Shown here piece by piece: positions 28,234 through 35,945 of a stretch of DNA of 45,886 nucleotides; position 1 is the first letter of the stretch; the number at the start of each line of letters is the position of its first letter. The notes beneath the pieces are model-generated. The model searched no databases. It was given only the letters and a program-made list of their open reading frames with translations, and was not told the origin of the DNA. This DNA is from Chlamydiota bacterium (lineage in GTDB: Bacteria; Auribacterota; Tritonobacteria; UBA1439): the NCBI GenBank assembly GCA_037133055.1, contig JBAXOY010000007.1, positions 1 to 45,886 on the forward strand, in the 5' to 3' direction. The position numbers and the translations under genes were made by a program.

Positions 28234-28258
28234 TCCATGGACCATGGACGATCGACTA
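28234..28258 (-). repeat. Heptamer repeat TAGTCGATCGTCCATGGTCCATGGA overlapping the argF stop; near-identical to 37581-37604
   Basis: Direct comparison of the two sites. Confidence 0.75.
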
Positions 28259-29188
28259 TTCGCGCATCAGCAGGGACATGATGCCCTTCTGGACGTGCAG
28301 GCGGTTCTCCGCCTGGTCGAAGATGATCGAGGCGGGGCCGTCGAGGACCTCGTCGGTCGCCTCCTCGCCGCGGTGGGCCGGGAGGCAGTGCATGACCATC
28401 GCCCCCTTCTTCGCCTTTGACATGAGGCGCGCGTTAAGCTGGAACGGGGCAAAGACCCTGAGGCGCTCCTCCCGCTCCTTCTCCTGCCCCATGCTCGCCC
28501 AGACGTCGGTGTAGATGATGTCGGCGCCGGCGACCGCCTTCGCGGGGTCTCGCTCGATCGCGATCTTCGCCCCCGCCTTCTCCGACGCGGCCCAGATCCC
28601 CTTGTCCGGCTCGTAGCCCGAGGGCGGGCAAATCGTGAAGGAGAAGTCGAGCTTCGCGGCGGCCTCGACCCAGGAGTTCGCGACGTTGTTGCCGTCCCCG
28701 ATGAAGACGATCCGGACACCCTTCATTTTGGGCTTCGCGGGGTCGAGCTTCAGGTGCTCCGCGACCGTGTAGATATCGCCGAGGATCTGGCAGGGGTGGC
28801 TTAAGTCCGTGAGGCCGTTGATCACGGGGATCGAGGCGTGTCGCGCGAGGTCCACCACGTCCTGGTGCCGGAAGGTGCGGATCATGATCCCGTTCAGGTA
28901 GCGGGAGAGCGTCTTGGCGGTGTCGGCGATCGTCTCGCCGCGGCCGAGCTGGAGGTCGCCCGCGCCCATGTAGAGAGGGTATCCGCCGAGCTGGACCATC
29001 CCGACCTCGAACGACACGCGCGTGCGCGTCGACGGCTTGTGGAAGATCATGCCGAGGGTCTTTCCGGCGAGCACCGGCGTCGGCGTCCCCTTCTTCAACG
29101 CGTCCTTCAGCCGCTTCGTCTCGGCGAAAATCTCGTGGATCTCGTCCCGCGAGATATCCGATATATTGACCAGGTCCTTTACCTTCAT
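28256..29188 (-). CDS. argF: Ornithine carbamoyltransferase (canonical)
   Basis: KPSTRTRVSF, HPCQ, DGNNVANS, TDVWASMG, HCLPAHRG, QAENRLH. Confidence 0.92.
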   Translation of the reverse strand: MKVKDLVNISDISRDEIHEIFAETKRLKDALKKGTPTPVLAGKTLGMIFHKPSTRTRVSFEVGMVQLGGYPLYMGAGDLQLGRGETIADTAKTLSRYLNGIMIRTFRHQDVVDLARHASIPVINGLTDLSHPCQILGDIYTVAEHLKLDPAKPKMKGVRIVFIGDGNNVANSWVEAAAKLDFSFTICPPSGYEPDKGIWAASEKAGAKIAIERDPAKAVAGADIIYTDVWASMGQEKEREERLRVFAPFQLNARLMSKAKKGAMVMHCLPAHRGEEATDEVLDGPASIIFDQAENRLHVQKGIMSLLMRE

Positions 29189-29207
29189 TCTTTCCTCCAG
29201 CTAGTAT

Positions 29208-30446
29208 TCACGCTATCCCGGCGGCGGAGACGGCCTTCTTCAGGCTCGATAGCTCCGGCTCGATCGAGATCGTCTTCCCGGCGATCTTCATGGCCGTGTC
29301 CACATCCTTGAGCCCGTTCCCGGTGACCAGGCAGACGATACGCTCGGAACCGCTGATCGTCCCCTCTCGCGCAAGTTTTTTCAGCCCCGCGATGCTCGTG
29401 GCGCCCGCGGGCTCGGCGAAGACGCCGCAGGCCCGGGCGAGGAGCGGTATCGCCTTGAGGATCTCCTCGTCGCGCACCGTCACCGCGAGCCCCTTCGACT
29501 CGCGCACCGCCCGCACCGCCATGTCGCCGTCGCGCGGCAGGTCCACCGAGATGCTGTCGGCGACCGTGGTCGCCTTGACGGGCCTGATCACGCCGTCGCC
29601 GTTCACCGCGTCCGCGATCGCGCTGCTCTTCGCGGACTGCACGGCGACAAGCCGGGGCAGCCGGTCGATGAGCCCCACGGCGTACAGGTCGCGGAACCCC
29701 TTCCAGACTCCGCTGATGATGTTGCCGTCGCCGACAGGCACGAGGACAAGGTCCGGCGGATCCCAGTTCAGCTGCTCGCAGATCTCGAAGGAGCAGCTTT
29801 TCTTCCCTTCGCGGGTGTACGGGTTGTAACCGGTGTTGCGGTTGTACCAGCCGTACTCGGCGGTCGCCTCGAGGCAGAGGTCGAACGCCTCGTCGTACGT
29901 CCCCTTCACGGCGAAAACTTTCGCGCCGAAGATGAGGAGCTGGGCGATCTTGGCCTTCGGGGCGGTCTCGGGGACGAAGATGATTGGGCTCAGGCCGATG
30001 CTCGCGCAGAGGCACGCGGTCGAGGAGGCCGCGTTGCCGGTCGAGGCGCCGCATATCTTGTCGAAGCCGAGCTCGACCGCCTTCGCGACCGCGACGGAGC
30101 TCGCCCGGTCCTTGTACGAGGCGCTCGGGTTCCTGCCGTCGTCTTTCACCCAGAGTTTTTCCACTCCGAGGGTTTTTGCGAGCGTATCCGTGCGGTAGAG
30201 GGGGGACCAGCCGATCTGGAGCGGCATCACCGCCCCGCGGTCCTTCAGCGGGTACAGGTCCCAGTAGCGCCAGACCGAGAAGTCGTTGTTCTCCGCGAGC
30301 GACTCGCGCGTGAGCGTATTCCTGATCGCCGCGTAGTCATAGATAACGTCGAGGTTCTTCCCGCAGGCGTCGCAGACGTAGGTCATGCCGCGCGCGCCGA
30401 ACTCTTTTCCGCACCCCGTGCACTTCAACCCCAGAACGTGGCTCAT
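29208..30446 (-). CDS. Threonine synthase-like fold-type II PLP enzyme
   Basis: N-terminal CxxC..CxxC, NPSASYKDR, ASTGNAA, PVGDGNI, EPAGA, TGNGLKD. Confidence 0.85.
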   Translation of the reverse strand: MSHVLGLKCTGCGKEFGARGMTYVCDACGKNLDVIYDYAAIRNTLTRESLAENNDFSVWRYWDLYPLKDRGAVMPLQIGWSPLYRTDTLAKTLGVEKLWVKDDGRNPSASYKDRASSVAVAKAVELGFDKICGASTGNAASSTACLCASIGLSPIIFVPETAPKAKIAQLLIFGAKVFAVKGTYDEAFDLCLEATAEYGWYNRNTGYNPYTREGKKSCSFEICEQLNWDPPDLVLVPVGDGNIISGVWKGFRDLYAVGLIDRLPRLVAVQSAKSSAIADAVNGDGVIRPVKATTVADSISVDLPRDGDMAVRAVRESKGLAVTVRDEEILKAIPLLARACGVFAEPAGATSIAGLKKLAREGTISGSERIVCLVTGNGLKDVDTAMKIAGKTISIEPELSSLKKAVSAAGIA

Positions 30447-30464
30447 GTTTCTCCTCTAAAGAAT

Positions 30465-30504
30465 TCGAGGGTTGAGGGTATGATCTTCGGCCCTCAACCC
30501 TCGA
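30465..30504. repeat. 14-bp perfect inverted repeat built from GAGGGTT heptamers
   Basis: TCGAGGGTTGAGGG...CCCTCAACCCTCGA between arcC and the threonine synthase-like gene. Confidence 0.8.
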
Positions 30505-30574
30505 TGGTCACTCGTGCCTCTTCAACCCGGATGCAGGGGGGCATGAAGGCCGCCCTGCACGAAAAGGGCCGGGA

Positions 30575-31546
30575 CTATTCCTTCACCGGGTCCGGGACGA
30601 TGCGCGTGCCGGCCTTGCCGATGAGGGCATCGATCGCCTTGTCGAGGCTCGTGATGATGGCGCAGTCGCCGCCCCACTCGATGAAGCGGATGCAGGCGAG
30701 CACCTTCGGCCCCATGCTCCCGGCCTTGAAGTGTCCCTCCTTGTGCAGCTTCTTCATCTCGGAGAGCGTCACCGTCCGGACCGCCTTCTCCTGCGGCGTG
30801 CCGAAGTTGATCTTCGCCGCCTCGACGTCCGTGAGGACGAGGAAGATGTCGGCGCCCACGACCTCCGCCAGCCGCTCGCCGGCCTTGTCCTTGTCGATGA
30901 CCGCCGCGGTGCCGCGCAGGTTGTCGTTCTTGTCGTACACCACCGGCACGCCCCCCCCGCCGGAGGCGATGACGACGATCCCGGAGTCCACCATGCGGCG
31001 GATCGCGACGTACTCGATGTTGCGGATCGGGTCGGGGGAGGCCACCACGCGGCGGAACCTCTTCACCACGCTCTTCGGCTTGACCTCCTTGATGACGTAG
31101 TCGGGCCGCTCCTTCCTGATCTTCGCGGCCTCCTCCTCCGTGTAGAAGGGGCCGACCGGCTTCGACGGGTCCTGGTAGTCAGGGTCGTCCTCGCTGACGA
31201 GCACCTGGTTCACGATCGAGACGACGGGCAGCGGCAGCTTCTCCTTCCAGAGCATGTTCTGCATCGTCTGTTGGAACATGTAGCCGATCTGGCCCTGGGT
31301 CATCGCGCCGACGATGTCGAGCGGCTGGGCCGGCACCTCGGCGAGGGCGCCCTCCTGCTGGAGAAGAAGGTTGCCCGCCTGGGGGCCGTTCCCGTGCGTG
31401 ATGACGAGCCGGTGGCCGAACTTGAGCATGCCCACCAGCTGGGCGCTGGTGATCTCGACGTTCCTGAACTGCTCCGCGGCCGTGCCCTTCTCGTCCGCCT
31501 GCTTGATCGCGTTACCGCCCAGCGCGACAACGATGATCTTCCTCAT
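30575..31546 (-). CDS. arcC: Carbamate kinase
   Basis: VALGGNA, THGNGPQAG, AMTQGQIGY, PSKPVGPFY, RRVVASP, GGGGVPV, AVIDKD, GSMGPK. Confidence 0.95.
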   Translation of the reverse strand: MRKIIVVALGGNAIKQADEKGTAAEQFRNVEITSAQLVGMLKFGHRLVITHGNGPQAGNLLLQQEGALAEVPAQPLDIVGAMTQGQIGYMFQQTMQNMLWKEKLPLPVVSIVNQVLVSEDDPDYQDPSKPVGPFYTEEEAAKIRKERPDYVIKEVKPKSVVKRFRRVVASPDPIRNIEYVAIRRMVDSGIVVIASGGGGVPVVYDKNDNLRGTAAVIDKDKAGERLAEVVGADIFLVLTDVEAAKINFGTPQEKAVRTVTLSEMKKLHKEGHFKAGSMGPKVLACIRFIEWGGDCAIITSLDKAIDALIGKAGTRIVPDPVKE

Positions 31547-31551
31547 TGCCT

Positions 31552-31857
31552 CTACGCCTCCCTGTTGTTTCTCCTCAAAGCCCCGTCATTTCCAGGTTCT
31601 TTCCCGCAGCGGCGCGGCTCCCCGCCGCGCCGCCTGTGCCCGATCGCCCAGTGCGCGAACGCAAGGACGCCCGAGGTCGCCACGAAGCTCGCGATCTGCA
31701 CCGGACGGGGGTATTTCAGCAACGCCTCGACCAGGGCGACCAGCGCGGCGATGCCGAGCACAAAGAGCGAGGACCCCATCCGCATCCACGCCCCCATCAT
31801 CAGGAGGGCGGTGACGAGGGCCCATGGCATCCAGGGCTGCACCGTGTACGGGTCCAT
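31552..31857 (-). CDS. Small hydrophobic membrane protein (about 3 TM segments)
   Basis: Fills the gap between co-oriented genes; hydrophobic; purine-rich RBS-like sequence upstream. Confidence 0.55.
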   Translation of the reverse strand: MDPYTVQPWMPWALVTALLMMGAWMRMGSSLFVLGIAALVALVEALLKYPRPVQIASFVATSGVLAFAHWAIGHRRRGGEPRRCGKEPGNDGALRRNNREA

Positions 31858-31890
31858 TCCGTCAGCCTTCCTCCCGTTCCGCCGGAGCGA

Positions 31891-32907
31891 TCAGAGCTTC
31901 GCCATCGTGAGCGCCATGATCGCCTTCTGGACGTGCAGGCGGTTCTCCGCCACGTCGTAGATAATCGAGCGGGGGCCGCTCGCCACCTCGTCCGTCACCT
32001 CGTGCCCGCGATCGATGGGCATCGGGTGCGTGTAGAGCGCGGCGCGGGTGAGCTTCATCTTCGGCGCGTCGCAGATCCAGTCCGTGTACTTCAGCGCCCT
32101 GTCGACCTCGCCCTGCTTGTTGAACTCGCCCGAGTCGTAGGCGTGCGAGGTCATCCAGTTACGGGAGTAGACCACGTCCGCGCCCCGGTAGCCCGCCCGC
32201 ACGTCGTGGGTGATCTCGAACTTCGCCTTGTTTCTCTCGCAGTTCTCCTTCACCATCTCGATCACGTCGGGGTCCAGGTCATACCCCTCCGGGTAGGCGA
32301 GCGTCACGTCCATGCCGTAGCGGGAGCAGATGAGGATGCTCTCCTGCACCGAGCACCACGAGCGGGAAAGGGCCCCGTGACCCCACACCTGGAGGAGCTT
32401 CTTCCCCTTCAGGTTCTTGCCGATGTGCCTCCTGAGGCCCATCATGTCCGCAAGGCCCTGGCACGGGTGGAACTTGTCGTGCGCCATGCTGATGACCGGG
32501 ATATCGCCCCACTTCGCGTACTCCTCAAGAAGCTCGTGCCCCTCGCCGTACCGGCTCACCTTGTCCTCGAGTATCCGGATCCCGAGGCCGACGGCGTAGC
32601 GGCTCATGACCTTCGCGGCGTCCTCGACGGTCTCGCCGGCGCTCTTGGAGGTCTTGAGGCGCATCGACTTCGGCTCAAGGAACTGGGCGTGCCCGCCGAG
32701 CTCCGTGGCGGCGCACTCGAAGCTCTGGCGCGTGCGGACGGAGGGGTTGTAGAAAAACATGAAGAAGGTCTTGTTGAGCAGGAGGCGGGTGAACTTCTTG
32801 TCGAAGCGCTTCTTTTGCATCTCCTCCGCGAGCTCGAGCACCTTCGTGAGCTCTTTCAGATCCCAATCCTGCGTGCACAGCAGGTCTCTTCCGGTCAGGT
32901 TTGCCAT
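31891..32907 (-). CDS. Transcarbamylase of unknown substrate (knotted AOTC/YgeW-like clade; start revised to 32907)
   Basis: NPSVRTRQSF, HPCQ, VWGHGALSRSW loop, VYSRNW, HPMP instead of HCLP, AENRLH; GAGGAG RBS. Confidence 0.85.
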   Translation of the reverse strand: MANLTGRDLLCTQDWDLKELTKVLELAEEMQKKRFDKKFTRLLLNKTFFMFFYNPSVRTRQSFECAATELGGHAQFLEPKSMRLKTSKSAGETVEDAAKVMSRYAVGLGIRILEDKVSRYGEGHELLEEYAKWGDIPVISMAHDKFHPCQGLADMMGLRRHIGKNLKGKKLLQVWGHGALSRSWCSVQESILICSRYGMDVTLAYPEGYDLDPDVIEMVKENCERNKAKFEITHDVRAGYRGADVVYSRNWMTSHAYDSGEFNKQGEVDRALKYTDWICDAPKMKLTRAALYTHPMPIDRGHEVTDEVASGPRSIIYDVAENRLHVQKAIMALTMAKL

Positions 32908-32978
32908 ACTCTCCTCTATCGCTCCTCTCTCTGGTGCGTCCCCGCGGGCGCGCACCGCGCGCGCCCCGTGAAGGCGCA

Positions 32979-33007
32979 GGTGGCAGGCGCGCACGGCGCC
33001 TGCCACC
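32979..33007. repeat. GC-rich 12-bp perfect hairpin between the two unusual transcarbamylase genes
   Basis: GGTGGCAGGCGC-GCACG-GCGCCTGCCACC; no U-tract. Confidence 0.7.
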
Positions 33008-33032
33008 CGTGATGACTCCCTTCGGCGGCCCC

Positions 33033-34043
33033 TTACATCGTCAGCGACATGATCGCCTTCTGAACGTGCAGGCGGTTCTCCGCCTCATCGTTCACGATGG
33101 AGATCTTCGGGTCGTCGATCAGCTCGTTCGTCACTTCCTTCTCGCGCTTCGCGGGCAGGCAGTGCATGTAGACCGCGTTGGAATTGGCGTCCTTGAAATG
33201 CTTGTGGGAGATGCACCAGTCCTTCGCGTACTGCGGCCCCTTCTCGGCGTGCACGTCCGGCTTGCGCGCCCAGCTCTTGCAGTAGATGACATCCGCGCCC
33301 TTGCAGGCCTTCCAGATGTCGTGCTCGACGGTGATCTTCCCGCCGGAGGCCTTCGCCGTGTCCTGCGCGAACTTGAGGTACGCGGGATCGATGTCATAGC
33401 AGCCCGCCTCGTCCGGGTAGGCGAGGACGATGTTCATCCCGAGGATGCCGCCGGCGGCGACCATCGTCTGCGGAACGCCGGCCGATTTCGCCCTGTCGTC
33501 CCAGGCCCATCCCATGACGATCTTCCTCTGCCTGTACTCCTCGCCGAACTTCTCGCGCATCGTCATGATGTCCGCCATGATCTGGCAGGGGTGCTCCATG
33601 TCGTCGAGCATGTTGAAGACCGGGATCGAGGCATCCTTCGCGATCGCCCTGAGCACCTCGCGCGCGTCGCCGTAGTCGTACTTGTCGGCGCCCATCTGCG
33701 CCTTCAGGTTGTAAAGCCGGATGGCGAACCCGTCGATGAAGCGGCTGATCATCTCCGCGGTGTCCTTCCACGACTCCTTGTTCTTCAGCTGCAGCTGCTC
33801 CGGGCTGTAGTACTGCGCGTGCCCGCCGAGTTGCGTCATGCCGGTCTCGAAGGAGATGCGCGTCCGGGTCGAGGGCGACGCAAACAGCATCCCGAGGGTC
33901 TTCCCCTTGAGGACTTCGTGCGGCTCGCCGATGGCCCATTTCATCTTGAGGTACTTGGCCACATCGAAGATCGTCTCCAGCTCTTCGCGGCTGTAATCCA
34001 TGATGCTGATAAAATCCTTACCCCTCATCTTGCGGGTAATCAT
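33033..34043 (-). CDS. Transcarbamylase of unknown substrate (YgeW/AOTC-like)
   Basis: SPSTRTRISF, HPCQ, GWAWDDRAKSAGVPQ, IYCKSW, HCLP; lacks DGNN and SMG. Confidence 0.87.
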   Translation of the reverse strand: MITRKMRGKDFISIMDYSREELETIFDVAKYLKMKWAIGEPHEVLKGKTLGMLFASPSTRTRISFETGMTQLGGHAQYYSPEQLQLKNKESWKDTAEMISRFIDGFAIRLYNLKAQMGADKYDYGDAREVLRAIAKDASIPVFNMLDDMEHPCQIMADIMTMREKFGEEYRQRKIVMGWAWDDRAKSAGVPQTMVAAGGILGMNIVLAYPDEAGCYDIDPAYLKFAQDTAKASGGKITVEHDIWKACKGADVIYCKSWARKPDVHAEKGPQYAKDWCISHKHFKDANSNAVYMHCLPAKREKEVTNELIDDPKISIVNDEAENRLHVQKAIMSLTM

Positions 34044-34107
34044 GCGTACTCCCCCCTTTCGCGGGGCCAGGGCGCCTCACCCTTCCCCATCAGTTACAGA
34101 GCGTGGC

Positions 34108-34136
34108 AGTATAGGGGACGCGGGGCCCCATGTCAA
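34108..34136 (-). promoter_or_regulatory. Near-consensus sigma70 promoter of the transcarbamylase operon
   Basis: TTGACA-17 nt-TATACT on the minus strand. Confidence 0.75.
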
Positions 34137-34276
34137 TGAAAATCCCGAAAATCCAGAAATCGCACAAAATCGCCATCGCTCTTTACTTCCCGCCTTCCTC
34201 TTTGCTATCGTGTTCTCCCTCGCTCTCCCGGTGGGAGCGGGCATGGAGCGCAGACACCACCACACGGAGGCGGACG

Positions 34277-35761
34277 ATGATCGGCATGATAGACCTGAAG
34301 GTCGACAACAAGAAACTCGAGAAGGCGGTGCAGCGGTGCCGCGAGCGGAACATCATCATCCCGACCTTCAAAGAGCAGAAAAACCCCGCGCTCGTCCCTG
34401 AGAAGATCCAGCAGCGACTGAAGAAGATAGGCCTCTGGGACTTCGACTCCACCAATCTCTTCAGGATCACCTGGAAGAACGAGCCCGTTCCGAAGGGCGG
34501 CCTTTACGACGGCGTGAACTACCTCGAGCTCCCGAAGGAGCTTACCGGGACAGACGCGCGCATCATCTGCCTCGTCGGCAAGTGGTTCCCCACCGGGGCG
34601 CACAAGGTCGGCGCGAGCTTCGGCTGCCTTGTCCCGCGCCTCGTGACGGGCCAGTTCGACCCGACCACCCAGAAGGCGGTCTGGCCCTCCACCGGGAACT
34701 ACTGCCGCGGCGGCGCGTACGACTCGCACCTCCTCGCCTGCCAATCGATCGCCATTCTCCCCGAGGGGATGAGCCGGGAGCGTTTCGAGTGGCTGAAGCA
34801 GGTCGCCGGCGAGGTAATCGCCACGCCCGGCTCCGAATCGAACGTCAAGGAGATCTATGACAAGTGCTGGGAGCTCCGGAAGACCCGCAAGGACAACATC
34901 GTCATCTTCAACCAGTTCGATGAGTTCGGCAACCATCTCTGGCACTACGAGATCACCGGCCACGCCATGGAGGATGTCCTCAAGAAGGAGATGAAGAAGG
35001 GCGACCGGTACGCGGGCGTAGTCCTCACGACCGGCTCGGCGGGCACCATCGGCTGCGGCGACTACCTGAAGAAGGTCTTCCCGACCAGCAAGATCGCCGC
35101 GGGCGAGGCGTGGCAGTGCCCGACGCTGCTCCTGAACGGCTTCGGGGCGCACCGCATCGAGGGGATCGGCGACAAGCACGTCCCGTGGATCCACGACGTG
35201 AGGAACACGGACATGGTGATCGCCGCCGACGACGAGAACTGCGTGAACATCATCCGTCTCTTCAACGAGCCGGCGGGGCGGAAATATCTCCAGAAGCAGG
35301 GCGTCCCGAAGGCCCTCACCGACCGCCTCGACCTGATCGGCATCTCGGGTGTGGGGAACATCCTCTGCGCCATCAAGTTCTCCAAGTACTACGAGCTTAC
35401 CGATAAGGACATCGTCCTCACGGTGCTCACGGACTCCATGGAGCTCTACGGGAGCCGCCTCAAGGAATACCGGGACACGTACGGGGCGTACACGGAGCTC
35501 GATGCCGCCCGCGACTACCACCGCCACATCATGGCGCTCGCGACGGACAGGATGATGGAGCTCAGCTTCTACGACCGGAAGCGCGTCCACAACCTGAAAT
35601 ACTACACCTGGATCGAACAGCAGGGCAGGGAGCTCAAGGAGCTGAACGCCCAGTGGTACGACTACCCCGGCTACTGGGACAGGATCCACGGTCAGGCGGA
35701 CGAGATCGACGCGCTGATCAACGAGTTCAACGATCGGACAGGGCTCCTCAAGAAGCTCTGA
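34277..35761 (+). CDS. Fold-type II PLP-dependent enzyme (TrpB/CysK/DAP ammonia-lyase superfamily) of unknown substrate (start revised to 34277)
   Basis: FPTGAHKVG (PLP Lys), PSTGNY, TGSAGT, HRIEGIG; GGAGG RBS. Confidence 0.85.
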   Translation: MIGMIDLKVDNKKLEKAVQRCRERNIIIPTFKEQKNPALVPEKIQQRLKKIGLWDFDSTNLFRITWKNEPVPKGGLYDGVNYLELPKELTGTDARIICLVGKWFPTGAHKVGASFGCLVPRLVTGQFDPTTQKAVWPSTGNYCRGGAYDSHLLACQSIAILPEGMSRERFEWLKQVAGEVIATPGSESNVKEIYDKCWELRKTRKDNIVIFNQFDEFGNHLWHYEITGHAMEDVLKKEMKKGDRYAGVVLTTGSAGTIGCGDYLKKVFPTSKIAAGEAWQCPTLLLNGFGAHRIEGIGDKHVPWIHDVRNTDMVIAADDENCVNIIRLFNEPAGRKYLQKQGVPKALTDRLDLIGISGVGNILCAIKFSKYYELTDKDIVLTVLTDSMELYGSRLKEYRDTYGAYTELDAARDYHRHIMALATDRMMELSFYDRKRVHNLKYYTWIEQQGRELKELNAQWYDYPGYWDRIHGQADEIDALINEFNDRTGLLKKL

Positions 35762-35876
35762 TCGCCGCGGGTGAGTCGTTCAGCGTCGGCATGGTGATAC
35801 GCGCCCCTCCCGAGCACGTTCGGGGCGCGCGGCGTCGTCCTGCCCGGGGTGACCTGGTCGTTCGTCCTGGTGCCTG

Positions 35877-35905
35877 TTGAGCACCGTCTCCGGCGATGCT
35901 ATACT
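35877..35905 (+). promoter_or_regulatory. Putative sigma70 promoter (extended -10)
   Basis: TTGAGC-17 nt-TATACT with TG upstream of the -10. Confidence 0.55.
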
Positions 35906-35945
35906 GTAATCCGGATCAAGTTCCACTGACACCGGAGGCATCGAG

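Noticed and set aside
28256..34043. Standard arginine or agmatine deiminase operon
   Set aside because: No deiminase or ArcD/AguD antiporter, and two of the three transcarbamylases lack ornithine/putrescine-type binding motifs
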